Source: Bispira polyomma (taxonomy: Eukaryota). From it: DNA of 64,000 nt. The stretch covers positions 34,348,001 through 34,412,000 of the forward strand of contig OZ287756.1 of assembly GCA_965649765.1 (NCBI GenBank), in the 5' to 3' direction. Positions 49,382 to 62,646 of the stretch are shown piece by piece. A program made the position numbers and the translations under genes. The notes beneath the pieces are model-generated. The model was not told the DNA's origin. It saw nothing but the letters and a program-made list of their open reading frames with translations, and did not search any database. Each line of letters opens with the position of its first letter. Position 1 is the first letter of the stretch.

Positions 49382-51837
49382 TGTCTAGGAGGGTGGCATC
49401 TGTGTGCAGCCAGTTAACCGACCCCACCCATTGAGCAAGTAAGTGTTCATTATTATTCACTTTGTCCCAACGTGAGAGAAGGTCTGCAACCTTGTTCTTC
49501 ACACCCAAAATATGAATAACTCTGATGTCTTGCCCACATGTAAATATTTCTGCTATAGGCAGCAAGAACAGGATCTTGAGTACGCCCAGTTTCCAGGACA
49601 CTAACCACTGCCTGATTGTCACATTTAAAAATAACCTTTTTGCCTTGCCATACACTGGACCATAGCTTCAGGGCAACCAGTATGTTAATCATTTCAAGAG
49701 ATGCTATATTGTCACTGGTCATGTGTGAGGGTACTTTAAGTTTATACACGTCATTGCCACAGATGCCCCCCATACCGGTTAGACATGAATCTAGTTCTAC
49801 TTGGGCATGGGTGGTCTTGTGTGAAAAAAAGCAGACGCCATTAAAACGCCTCATAAAGGTTCTGAACCAATTTAAATCCCTATTAAAGTCTTCAGTGACT
49901 ATTAACCGACTTTTGCTATAATTGTCTCTGAGAAATTGCAACATACGGTTCAAAAAGACTCTAGCATATTTTATGCATTTAGCTACATATAATAGAGAGC
50001 CCAGTAAGGACTGTAACTCTTTTTTGGTACAAAATTTCTTTCCTTGCCACATATCACACTTGTCTGTGATTTCCTGCATTTTTTCGTCCGGAATAGAAGT
50101 GGTATAATTTTCAGTATCTATTAGTATGCCCAGGCATATTACCCGTGTACTCGGGGGAACCAACTTTTTGTGACTGACCGTAAGGCCAAGCTCCTTGAGC
50201 AAGGCCTGAAGACGCTCGTAACTGGCTGTTATTTTACTGGGCAACGATACGGTCAAAAAATCGTCTATGTAGTTGTGCACTTTGTATCCCTCCACCTTCA
50301 TTATAAATCTTACTGCGTCAGAAAGACGCTGGAAAATAGTACTACCATTTTGATACCCGAATGGGAGACATTTATCGACGTAGAATTCTTTCCATTTTAA
50401 ACCAAGTAAATCAATGTCACCCGGATCTATGGGGACGTGCCTAAAGGCCCTACTCATTTTATAGATATGACATCCTCTACCCAATCTGGTTACTTCAGCA
50501 GTAATGTTATCAATGGAAGGATATGACAAAATAAAATCAGTATCAAGGTAAGAGTTAGCAGAAGCACCTGCGTTAACCGACTGACCATGTGGCCAACTCA
50601 GATCGATTATTACTCTCCTATTAGCCGAGCTGGACTTCTCACGTGTCATCATCGGCGAACAATGCAACTCCCTAATGGGAGGCTCTTTGAAGGGCCCTAG
50701 TATCGCCCCAAAGTGACATTCCTCATTCAGATACGTCTCCACATGTTCTGGGAAGGTTTCCACCGAACTATGATTACAATTGTCTGACTGATTAACTTTT
50801 TCTCGACATACATCTAGCGGGAAACCGTACTTAACGAGCAGGGGCAGTTGCCAATCCCAATAATCAGAGAGGTAATATTGCCACTTCTCAGCATTTAAAC
50901 GCGACTCAACCACAAGTTGTAGACCCTTGTAATTATGTCTGCCATCAATTCTCAATTTAGCATGCATTTGGAAAATATCCAGGCCATGATTCTTCGCCCC
51001 CCTAACCCAAATTTTGCATCCTAACGTGTTAAGTGGAGTGAATCCATATTTGACATCATTTTGTTTATGCCATCTCTTGTAAGTATCATTGCTCCGAGCT
51101 TTAGTTAGCAACTCCCGTTTATTGCATTTTTGCTTAAGCTCCAAAGCGTACTTGTCTGAAGAGGCAACTGAATTACATGTCAGATTTGTGGTCACATTTT
51201 TGTCATTGCTGTGATTCCCAGCATTGTCCCCAATCGATTGACTTTTTCTCCTACCTTGTTGTGGCTGGTCATTAACACTCTCGCTTTTGTTCACACTATG
51301 CTCGACCTCCCCATTGTTGGGTTCAACAATGGTTTGGTAGAGGGGTTGAAATCTATTGTACCACAAGGCAGCTCGGCCGACACTATCATTCATTAATGAT
51401 TTATTTAGGACACATTCATTAACGGGCTTGGTATGTCCAAGCATTGTTTTCTTGGTGTATTTACTTTGCCCCCGCTCACAGGTATTCTGTTTGTTTTGCG
51501 TGGCCGGGATAAAGGAAACACGACAATTATTTACAGATTTTCCACCCAAGGTTTTGTTGCCGATTGAGGGTGTCTGGCTGTGTACTTGTTTAAAACCTAC
51601 AGCTGAATGCACATCCCCCAGTCGCCCACTCACCTTGAAACTTTTACTTGTATTTACAACGACCTGTTTTCTTGTGCTATTTATATTTTGTAATGCCTCG
51701 CTGTATGAACAGCATGCACGTTTACCTTTATTGTAAGTGAGCATTTTACCCCTTACATCTTTATCAAATAATTCCAAACTACTAAATTCTGAGTTATAAA
51801 ACGTTCTTGAAAAACTTTTGCCTTTATTGTTTTCCAC
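49365..51837 (-). pseudogene. pol: Reverse transcriptase - RNase H ORF (frameshifted near the C-terminus)
   Basis: RVIIDLSWP, SRAFRHVPIDP, CLPFG, NYIDDFL, CLGILIDT, ELQSLLGSL; RNase H LDSCLTGMGG, IASLEM, CDNQAVV; HILGVKNKVADLLSR continues in the 49365-49655 frame. Confidence 0.92.
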
Positions 51838-51849
51838 TGCAGAATTGCA

Positions 51850-52836
51850 GTGGCCCCTCAGTTTTTTTAACTCTTCTTGTTACATGTATTGGATTTGTGT
51901 GCTTCCCCCCCCCCCCCACAGGTTTTGCAAACATGCTTAAAGTAAGTACTCCCAGTTTTGTGACTGCTGGGTAACTTGCATGTACCGTCCTGAAAGAACC
52001 TGCAGTTTGCTGTGGACTGCTTACCCGAAGCCTACGTTTTACTTGAACCACGATTATTACTACCAGAATTATTGCTAGCAATATGTCTTTGGGCATGAGC
52101 CCTTCTCAATCTGTTAAGCTTTTCGACCTATGACCACTTAAGCTTTCCCATTTCCATATGGGTGAGCACGACCGCATGGCAAGCTTTTGCCGACTCCCAC
52201 GAGTCTTCCATCAGATTAGCCATATAATCCAGCATAATTTCCCTAATCTCATTCGACTTTTCCTCCTGAATAATACGCGTAAAAGCGCATACCCACTGGT
52301 TGACTGATACGTCGTCATATGTGGGCCTTCATTTGAAACTGCCCGTCAAGACATGGTTTTGGGGTCACTCTACGACACATTTGACCAAAACGTCAACGCC
52401 CCCTCCCCTTTGTGATTTTAGTTTACCTTGCTGTGGGTTCTCATTTAGTTGTTTTAACTCAGCCAACCTTAGTTCAACTTGGCTTTGAATTTTACTGTTC
52501 TTGCGTAAAAAGTCTATATTTGGAACTACGTTTTCAGTGGCTAAAACCTCACTAGAATCGGTGCTCACAGAACTATTGTACGTCCGCCGCCAGTGCTGCC
52601 TCTGTCTGCTGGACTCTCTGATCCATGCGTTCCATCATTTGTGCCATCCACTGCAGCTGCAGTAATATTTGACTAGAAACGATATCTGAACCTGAATTTG
52701 AAGCGAGAGCGGATGAATCCTCAGCAGAGACAGCACCAACAGTGGCTTCCACAGACACGGTTTCCCGAGTACAAGCAGTCCCAATGGGCCTTTCATGCTT
52801 TTCTTGACACCTCGAACAATTGTACACTGGAGCCAT
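51850..52836 (-). pseudogene. gag: gag-like ORF of the YR retrotransposon (stops and frameshifts)
   Basis: MAPVYNCSRCQEKHERPIGTAC (C-x2-C-x3-H-x7-C); KLKSQRGG..*PQNHVL..RPTYD..QWV..MEDSWESAKACHAVVL; C-terminal HVCKTC..H..NTC knuckle in a shifted frame. Confidence 0.8.
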
Positions 52837-53061
52837 TGTAAAGTTTAAAAACACATAAGATACACTAAAAGACAAAAAACAGAAAAAATTGGTAACATAA
52901 AACTTGAATTTCCAAGATGTCCGTTCCAAAGTTGTTATTCTGTGAACACTATTGTTATAAATGGCGGGACGTTTGAATGAAACTGCCTTATATACAGCCC
53001 GCAAGCAATGAAACGTGAAGACTAAGACTGGTCCCCCAGAACTGAGTTAGGGCCCTGCCTT

Positions 53062-53180
53062 ACAATGACTTTAACTTTGGTCATTGTACATTACCTGTGA
53101 TCGTGACCTTCGTCATTGTATATTGCTTATGACCTTGACTCTAAACATTGTACATTGCTTACTACCTTGACCTCAGGTCA
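53062..53180. repeat. Right half of the gaccttg-type tandem repeat (about 30-bp unit)
   Basis: gtcattgtatattgcttatgaccttgac units. Confidence 0.7.
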
Positions 53181-53414
53181 TAACATGAACTTTCTTATGT
53201 CTGAATTAAAGCAAATAATTATTGCTTATCTTATTTGATCAGAACATAATCTCTGAAACATATGACAACGTTATGTTTTCTTAGTGATACTTTCTTGGCA
53301 AACGCCCACATTGTGACTTTGACACTGGACAACTGTGTCTGCTAGTTATCATGTCTTTGACTTTTCAGTTTGTCAGGGAACACATTTATTGGTATTCAGC
53401 TTTTTGTATTAGAT

Positions 53415-53627
53415 TTCAATTTATTTTGAGTTTAATGTAGCTTTTAATAAATGCATATTATGTCGTGATAGGCAGTTTTTTGGATAGACCGATATAACAG
53501 GGTAGTTGGTTTTGAGTTTTTAATTCCAAATAACCGACCTTCAGCCAGTTTGTGGGATGGCGGAGATTTGATCCCCAACTGCAGAGGTGGAATGTGAGAT
53601 TGTTACCTACACACCATTGAGGTCCCT
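53415..53627 (-). mobile_element. tRNA-headed SINE, family 3 (degenerate)
   Basis: acagggtagttgg..accgaccttcagc..gagatttgatccc..gcagaggtgg..caccattgaggtccc. Confidence 0.55.
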
Positions 53628-53979
53628 GGGATTAAAATTTGGAGAAAAGTGCAAACTACTTGACATACCCTGTATGTGTGGTCTGACCTTGTATTTGTTG
53701 TTGTTGCCATAAAGTATTGTATAGAAACATTTCTTATGTGACAAGGATTACCTTATCAGTGTGAAAACCTTACCACAATTTAACACACTTTCTGAAGTTT
53801 GTGTGGGAGGCTATTTCAGTTCACCACACAGTTCATTGTGAGATATATCGACAATGTACAGGAATGTCAAAGACAGCTTTTAATGCGTCTCTGGAAGACG
53901 CCTACTAATGTCCAAAACTGTTCAAAATAAGGATGTTTACAATGGAGTTGAGAAATGTCTACAAAGGGAAGTTAACAGA

Positions 53980-54822
53980 AACTAAAAAAATTACTTTATT
54001 GAAGTTACAACTTTGGTCTACATAACTGTTCTGTGAACAGATTAATATAGTAATTTTGTTTTCTGTATTGCAGATATCTAGGTATTTTTAGAAGTTTGTA
54101 AATTTCCCAACCCCTACAAAACAAGACAGGGGAATTAACCTACTTCTGCGTCCACTTAAAGGTAGATCACACTTATGCGTTCGGTGAAAAATAGACGGCT
54201 AAATTTTTTTGCGAGAACACTATGAGCTATAATTGTTAAAATCGCTCCAGAAATGAGTTTAGTGGGTATTGCATACACATAAAATGCACGAATGCAAACT
54301 GAATGCAAAGCGCAGAATTTGCCGTCTTTGCGTAAATATGTATGGTATGTCATTGCTCACAGCATGGTCACAGCAGGGGTAGACCTTCGATAAAGGCAAG
54401 GGAAGGGTTGATACATTGCAATGAATGTGGAGTAAAGGTGCAGAGATTGGCCCGTTTGAGTGATGCTCCTACAACCCAAACCCTGTGCATGCTTAATTAG
54501 ACAAAAAAAAATTACTCAATTGAAGTTGCAACTATGGTCTACATAACTGTTCTGTAAACAGATTAATATAGTAAAAAACAAATCTGCATTGCTTCAGATG
54601 TCAAGGTATGTTTATAAGTTTGTAAATTTTCCAACCCCCACAAAACGAGACAGGCGAATTAACCTACTCATGCGTCCCCTTAAAAGGTGAATCACACTTA
54701 CGCGTTCAGCGAAAATAGACACCTGTGCATTTTCTGTGAGAAACTGGTCGCTATAATCGGCATCACAAATGAGTTTAGTAGATGTTGCACACACATAAAA
54801 CACAAGAAAAAATGCAAAGCTT
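53980..54822. repeat. Direct duplication of about 330 bp (53980-54312 and 54503-54822)
   Basis: aaaaaattact..ttgaagtt..ggtctacataactgttctgt..tgcgtcc..aaatgagtttagt..aatgcaaagc in both copies. Confidence 0.85.
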
Positions 54823-55794
54823 TACATCAGTATGATGCTCAGTAGAGCATCCTACTTTTTGAAAAACACAGATACCCTAAACACTTTTTCAAACTTGGAG
54901 GGGAATGATGCAAAAATATACTCAAATCAATGAAAAATATGTTTTGGCATACAGTTTTAATATATTGGTGTGAGCTATGTGAAATTCAAACTGCTAATTC
55001 AAAATCAGAAATACTACAATCTTGTATCTGGTATAATTCACATATATCAGTAGCACCTTTCTGTTTTTCCACTCGGTCAAAAAAAGGTATTTTATTTGTT
55101 TGAGATATTGTAAATCTAGATGGTGAAATCATGTCATGTGACAAAATAAAACATAAATATACTGTAAATATAAATATATTACACTATTATCAAATAAGAT
55201 CTTTATTAAATATTTGTTTATTTAAATTTGAGAATTTGTAAGGGATTTTACCATATTTTTCAAACTGCGAAAAGCTAGCCTTTATCCAACTGGGTGAATT
55301 TAAGTGGGGGAACCTGTTACCTTAAGAGACAGATCTTTTTTGAAAGAATATTGATAAAGCATGTTTTAAGTCTGTGCTAGAAAATTTGGCCACTAGAATA
55401 CAATATTGTTTTACCCTTAAGAGATTATATTTCAAAGTAAAAATTAGTAATAATAGTTGTTGTAGGTTTTGTGAACAATATTCAAAAACAATATATTATG
55501 TATTTTGTGAATGCATCAAAGTTCAAGTTTTTTTGGATATTATACATTGATGGATCTTAAACTAAATTGGGATAAAAGATAAATTAACAACTACTATAAA
55601 CATTTTAGGATATTACATTTTGGGTTTTAAGTTCTCGCCTTTAAATTTTATCTTAATGCTAGCAAGGAGATATATTTACTGGTGTTCTAAAAGAGGCTAT
55701 ACCTCAAATATATATTTTTTCAGAAACAATGTTACAAAATATTTTTAGAATAAAGAGCTTTGTCACTAATCAATTCAATGGAACTTCGCTTGGT

Positions 55795-56720
55795 TTCAAA
55801 GTCCACATACTTACATTTGCACCTTCCTAATAAAGTGCACATATCTAAATTTGCATCTTCTCAATAAAGTGTACATAATTATATTTGCACCTTCTTAATA
55901 AAGTCCACATACTTATATTTGCACCTTTTTAATAAAATGTACATATTTATATTTGCACCTTCTTAATAAATTCCACATACTTATATTTGCACCTTCCTAA
56001 TAAAGTCCACATACTTATATTTGCAGCTTTTTAATAAAATGTACATATTTATATTTGCACCTTCTTAATAAAATGTACATATTTATATTTGCTCCTTCTT
56101 AATGAAGTGTACATATTTATGTTTACACCTTCTTAATAAAGTGTATATATTTCATCAATTTAATATTGCTTTATAGTGTGCATTTGCTAAATATGCTGCC
56201 CTTACATAATGGTATGCACCCAGTTAGTTATTTGCACTAACTTAATGACTTACTTAATTGTGTGCACCTACTTTAATAGTGTGCACCTGTTTAATAGTGT
56301 GCACCTACTTTAATAGTGTGCAATTGTTTATTAGTGTGAACCTACTTAATAATCAAGACCAACCTAATTTTGTGTACCTAATTAACCGCGTATACCCTTT
56401 TTATAGTCTAGAACTATTGGACAGTGTAAGTAACATTATATCTTGCACCTATTTAATATTCTACATATTACTTACATTGTGCACCTACCTGCGCACTAGT
56501 ATACATCTGCTTAATAATGAGCACCTATTTCATAATGTGCACCTAAATAAGGATGTGCACCTACTTAATTTTGTGCACATAGTAAATAATCTACAGCTTT
56601 TTAATAGTCTACACCTGGTGAATATTGTACACTTATTTACAGACTATCCATCCATCTACTTAATAGTGTACAGCTCATTGATAGTGTTCACTTTATTTAA
56701 TAGTGGACATTTACATGTAT
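55795..56720. repeat. Satellite: homogeneous 34-bp units (55795-56150) grading into degenerate 17-18-bp units
   Basis: atatttgcaccttcttaataaagtccacatactt period 34 (55881, 55915, 55949); then gtgcacctacttaatagt-like monomers. Confidence 0.85.
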
Positions 56721-59519
56721 GAGAATGGGATGGATCAGTAACATAGTGGGTTTCATCATTAAGCAGAAAGAATTTCAATATTTAATCACTAACTTTAAAA
56801 TGTTAATCTGGGAGTTTTAGCATGGATTTCTTGAAGTTTTAAATGGATGAACTATTTTTACTATTTTAAACTGGTCTAATTGTGTTCATTCTAAGTCCCA
56901 ACCTTCGGTTAAATAAAGCATTTATCAAACATTTGACCACAGAAAGATTAAATCTGTGAGAAAGCTAATCTATAAGAAGAAATAAAAACTGGATAATAGT
57001 GTTTCCTTGACTCTAGATAGCCATCAACATATAGAAAGACATGATTCTGAGCATGTGTACCTCTGTTCCTTGAACCCATTGTGTAGAACAATGGAGACAT
57101 GTCAGTTGGTCATGTAGTAATTTTCACTTATAGAGCGAGAGATAATTTATTTTATTTAAGTACCACCTGCACAAATGATAGCATCACCTTACAATAAATT
57201 TAACAGGTAGGAGAATAAAGGACATTTTTCAGTATTATTACCAACATATAAAATACCATTCTTCGTTATCAATTATTGACATTAAATATTATTTTATGAC
57301 CAATTATGTGTATTACTCAGTGGAAAATATTATTATGCATTATTAACGATGCTTTTTTGATGCTAGGCATCTTCTAAAGCACAGCAGAATTACTTTTGTA
57401 TTGTTGTATATGTAACTGAATAAAAGAATAATGAAGATTTAGGTCTCTTAAACTTTTTAAGGAACCTTAAAGTGGAAACTCAAATTGGAAGAAAAAGTAT
57501 ATATATATACTATTCCAGGTAGATCTATAATATTTAAAGAATGATTTAGTTTATTTGTGTGAATCATTGTACAGTTACTTGTAATGTTACTTGAACTTTT
57601 CCACAGTTTTAAAATTAAAATCACTTTTAAATTTCCTCTACATTGTAAAGTCTTGAGTAAATTACTTGTGTGAGATGTGAGTACACTTGTAACTTAAATA
57701 TTGTAATGTGTTATTAAACCCTTTTTTCGTTATAAATAAGTAAAATATAAAAAAAATAACGGTCTGTTATTTTATTCAAAATTTCATTCATTGTAGCCTG
57801 ATTATAACATGTATACAATATGGATATAGTAAGACTGCCAACAAAGTGGCGTACATTAAACCGGTTGGCCAGTTTATGACCTACGAGACATTTAAGATAT
57901 AGTCGTTACTAATTGATATTTAAAAGTTAACCTATGATATTTTATACTAACACGTTAGAGTGAATGAATGATAAACTAGTTCTTGAAATTAATATAACAT
58001 ATATTGGTGATTACCTAACATTTTCAATAGTTTCATTTTAAGAGCCCTAAAAAATTATACCAGTATTTGTCATTAAAAATTCCTATTTATCTTGGAGAGA
58101 CATACCAGTAAATGATTCTTCTAAGGCAATTGCTTTGTCAAATAAAACACTCCTAGTATTTTCATACACATAACAATTAAATACAAAATGTTCCTCATCT
58201 TCTATCGAATCTGTATGTTAAAAAAACTAGTTTTTAAACAGTAAATGAGACTTAAAATTTATGCTTGACTTAAGATTGCAGCCAGCCGTTACAACCTGGG
58301 CTTATGAGGCCCTTTGTGCTCCGTTAGTGATATATGTGTCACCAATATATAAATGGATAATAGACTTAAAGGACTGGTATCATTCAGATGTGTGTCTGTG
58401 ACGCTTTGTAGCTGTTAAACCATGAATCTAGTGTTACACGGCAAACGCATCCTCCCCAACTACCAAAAAATCCCTCTAAACCAAAGGTTGGTCGAGTTCG
58501 AAATGAAAATGTAATGGCTGAGCTGTAGAAATGAAACATACTTCATTAACACCCACTAAATGAAGACATAACAAACAATAACCAGTACCCACTAATACAT
58601 CACTAATCGCAATGAAAGTACACTAACTGCTACTAATTGACATTAAGTAAAACAAGCCAGAACAAGCCAACCCAACCTGCTACTAACGAGAAACGAATAA
58701 AACCCACTCGTCCACGAAAGTTTCAAACAGTTCAAACTTTGTGACGGCTTGACTAATGCTCACGGATATCAACGAAGAATTCTGAAGCACTGCTGATGTA
58801 GATGAAGTTGAAACATACTATGATATATCCAAACGACGGTGTGGTGCGTTGGTGATGGCCATCCGTGTAAATGAGACCTGGGTATTAGTAGATGGGGAGT
58901 TGTTATCATGACCGGGTTGAGGTATTGGGGTACACATTGTCTATAAAAAATAGTGTAGATGAAATAATAATGTTTGTTGTATATACATGTATACTGTATC
59001 TGACTTATTGTAAAACACTAAAGTATATGACTTATATCTCTTATACAGGAAATTGTGGGAAACGTTAAAAAAATATATTCTTTATGTATTTTTTCATGTT
59101 TCAATATTGATGTGTACATTTCTGTGAATGTTGCATAACTTTTTAACTAGCAACATGGTGTGGGTTACTCATGCATCTTTATCTGCAAGCTATAATTAGT
59201 TATCTACAAATTACAGAGTACATACAGTTTAGTGTGGTGGGACCTTTTTTTTTGAAAAAAGTGTCTTTGTCTATTGAGATACATGCAGGTTCTCAGCTAC
59301 CCAGTATGTAGGACAATCTACATATTTGTGATTCACCTTCTAGACGATAAATGGTTGCCTGAAATGTTTGTTATGCCCTGTTCTCTTTTACACGTATCTA
59401 CGTGGCTATTCGTGGAATTGGCCGAAAAAACATGGCATAAATAAAAGTGGCCGATCTGTCTGTAGATTTACGTCTGACTTTGCAGTTTGATCTTTTAAAT
59501 GACATTTGTGTACCTTTTG

Positions 59520-60130
59520 ACACTAATATATCACACAGACGTCACTTATGGTTACTAATGTGTGTCATTGGCAAGAAACGAATGTACACTTATAGTCACT
59601 AATGTCTCAATGTTAGAGAAAGAATGTACACTTATGGTCACCAATGTCTCACTGACAAGGAACAAATGTACACTTATGGTCACTAATGTCTCACTGACAA
59701 AGAACGAATGTATTCCTATGGTCACTAATGTATTCCTATGGTCACTAATGTATTCCTATGGTCACTAATGTCTCACTGACAGAGAGCGAATGTACACTTA
59801 TGGTCACTAATGTCTCACTGACAAAGAACGAATGTACTCCTATGGTCACTAATGTCTCACTGACAGAGAACAAATGTATACTTATGGTCACTAATGTCTC
59901 ACTGACAGAGAATAAATGTATACTTATAGTCACTAATGTCTCACTGACAGAGAACGAATGTACACTTATGGTCACTAATTTCTTACTGACAAGGAACGAA
60001 TGTACACTTATGGTCACTAATGTGTCACTGGCAAGGAAGGATTCCACTCTTATGGACACTAATCCAAATTATTACAGACAAATGCCCACCTCAATGCACA
60101 CAAACTAGTTACTCATGGTCACTAATCCTT
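59520..60130. repeat. 42-bp minisatellite, about 13 copies
   Basis: Unit cacttatggtcactaatgtctcactgacagagaacgaatgta; nested 20-bp slippage repeat at 59707-59770. Confidence 0.92.
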
Positions 60131-61264
60131 ACGTTTGCAGACTTATGAAATGAACCCACACCTACCCATACATACTGCAACGTTCACGACACACACTGTA
60201 ACAAAAAGGGGGCAATGCCCCTCAAACCTGCCACACAGATCTGTTTCTCTATTTTTGAACAGTTTAAAACATTTGTGCCGGAGCTACTAATTCTGACTTA
60301 GGCTGTGTAAGTCACGCATGGCCCTAGAAGGTATTTGATGGAAAACTCCACACAAAAGTTAAAATTACCACAAACCCACACACAAATTGGTGTCATTGTA
60401 TTCGAGAACCTGTTGAAACTCGCAAAAAGGACACATAGTTATAGGCAAGGATCCATTTATTTTCAAGCTACAACCTATAACAATACGTTTAATTACGTTT
60501 TCATTAATGTTACATTATATTTTTATAAGTAAACTGTCGCAAAGCTATGTTAGCCACGTCATAATACGTCAAGTGTCGCAACATCCAAGCAAATATTCAG
60601 GCCAGCACACGTTACAGTCTTGCATCACTAGCCTGTCCATGTTCAAAATTTGCGTAATTCTTGCAGATTATGTACATGCACGTACAATACATCAAGCCAA
60701 ACAAACAACATGCAAACCCTACGCAACCTTAATTTTTTTACACGATATCTAGCGTGAAGGTCAGTGGGACCGGGGCATTATCAAGACATTCTGACACGTT
60801 TCATCACATATTTATTTATGACACATTTGGAGTGGCATTTTGTGTAAATGAGACCTTGGTATGAGCAGATGACAATCTGTCATAGTGGTGGCAGAATTAT
60901 ATCCTACTGGTACGGTTTGTAGTTTTAAAAAACTAACTTAATAGTTGCACCCTCAAAGGGTCAAATTATACATTAGCTGTAAAAAAATTAAAGTTGTCAC
61001 AAGACGTTGAATCATGCAATCAAACATGATAAGTATGTCAAAATGAAATTGTTTTGAAAATATTTGGAAAAACTGACAAAATACTATAAAACCAAGTTAT
61101 TTAACGGGTACATTTCTACAAACTCAAATATTTCGAAGAGGTGATCCACTTGTACAAAATTAACTTATTTATGGTTGTTTTAGACTAAATACCTGACTAT
61201 AATTACTATTATCATGATTTTCCCCCAGTTCTATTCACCCTTTTCTTCACTTTTTTTTGGTTTT

Positions 61265-61885
61265 GAAGCCTGGACGGGGTGAGTGTGGCCAAGCCCTCAC
61301 TAGGACCTCACACAGCTCTTCATATACAGTATAAAGTGTTTTTTAAACATCTGTTCACACTCTCCAAGTTCTTGCCACGTTTATACCAGTTTATTCCCGA
61401 TCATCACAACTTGGCGGGTCGGGAGAGAAAGGGGGGGAAATGGTCATTTGCATATATTTGCATACCGTTTATGCCCCATTTATGCCCCGTAGAGCCCTCT
61501 TTATGCCCAGTATATGCCCAGCACAAATTTATGCACACACCTGACCAGATCGAAGCAGTTCATCACACGTTTATGTAATATTTGCTCCAGTTTACTCCAG
61601 TTCTGACCAAATCACACAAGTTCTAAGCAGTTTAAGCCCCGTTTACACATTTTCTGAGCAGTTCAACCCCCGTTTATGCCCCGTTTTTGCCTGTTTTCTC
61701 CAGTTCTCTCAAGAAGTGCTTTCAGAGCCGAGCACCCACTGAAATTTTGAACATGTTCAAAATTTTCCGCTCTGCCGCCGTTCTTGCTGATCTCACCTGT
61801 TTATGCCCAATTTACACAAATTTACTCTAGTTAAGACATGTTCCCAGAACGGTCCCTAGAACGTGGACAGTGGAAATGCTACATA
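61265..61885. mobile_element. Probable non-autonomous DNA transposon remnant with gtttatgcccc sub-repeats
   Basis: GC-richer block with many gtttatgccc/cagttc motifs and the palindrome aaattttgaacatgttcaaaattt; termini uncertain. Confidence 0.4.
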
Positions 61886-62646
61886 ATATTTGAAATGGCT
61901 CGGCGGTTTTGAAACAGCCATGGCTAACTTAAAATAGTTTCTGCCACTTTTTTTACAGAAATGACAAACTATAACAAATAGTAGAGGATTTCTAGCTTCA
62001 AAAATAATAGAAATATCAGAATTAAATTATGTATATTCACTTACAAAAACTGATAATAAAAATAACAATGCCAGAATATTATCAAAAAATGCAGGTTATT
62101 TAATATGATAACGGTTTGTATTAATTCAAATAAAGTGGCGACATTGAATATTAATTAAATGCCGATTTTCGTAACAATTTGTAAGCAGGCCATTTCCGGA
62201 CCCATCTTAGTCTTTGGCACGGTCAGCATTCGGCCAGCTACATATATATATATTATATATATACGCATATATACATGGAAATGTTTGGGAAATATTATAA
62301 TCATTATGATTTTATGTTGCAGTGGATCAGCACCTTTCATTGGCTGACAATCTGCAGCAAATTACAACAGGTCACAAAATCAGGTGTTGCTAATTGGTGT
62401 TCAATCAGTTTAATCAAAGGCCAAAACGTTTTTATATACTAGGGCTTTTCTTGATTAGAAAGTCTTAACGTCACACTTATACTTCAATTATTTCACATAT
62501 ACCAGATATTCATCCTCACAACAGAAATGGGCCTTGGGTCTTTGCATCTCAGAACACCGGCCTCATTCTGCAGGAAAACTTAACCCCATCGCAAACACCA
62601 CTAGGAATCTGGGATTAGACAAAGACCTCTCATTTTTTTTAAATAT

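Larger units (their letters stand above)
47693..53061 (-). mobile_element. Tyrosine-recombinase (DIRS-order, Ngaro-like) retrotransposon, near full length, inactivated
   Basis: gag, RT/RNase H and YR in order on the minus strand; no methyltransferase between RNase H and YR. Interrupts a cattgtatattgctt-atgaccttg tandem repeat, with CTT at both junctions. Confidence 0.92.

Noticed and set aside
49365-49460. DNA N6-adenine methyltransferase domain typical of DIRS1/PAT elements
   Set aside because: RNase H runs directly into the YR frame; no DLFA or PP motif is present.
49616-51736. Plus-strand ORFs inside the YR element
   Set aside because: Antisense shadows of the pol frame with no motifs of their own.
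52837-53004. N-terminal extension of gag shown in the ORF track
   Set aside because: It covers the element's TATA-like box and T-rich leader; the plausible start is the ATG at 52836 before the zinc knuckle.
59520-60130. Regular arrays (also 24440-24770, 55795-56150, 14345-14615) as CRISPR or as repeat-protein genes
   Set aside because: Units are head-to-tail with no unique spacers and no cas genes, in eukaryotic DNA. The ORFs at 59758, 59745, 59562, 56258 and 24418 arise because the repeat units lack stops.
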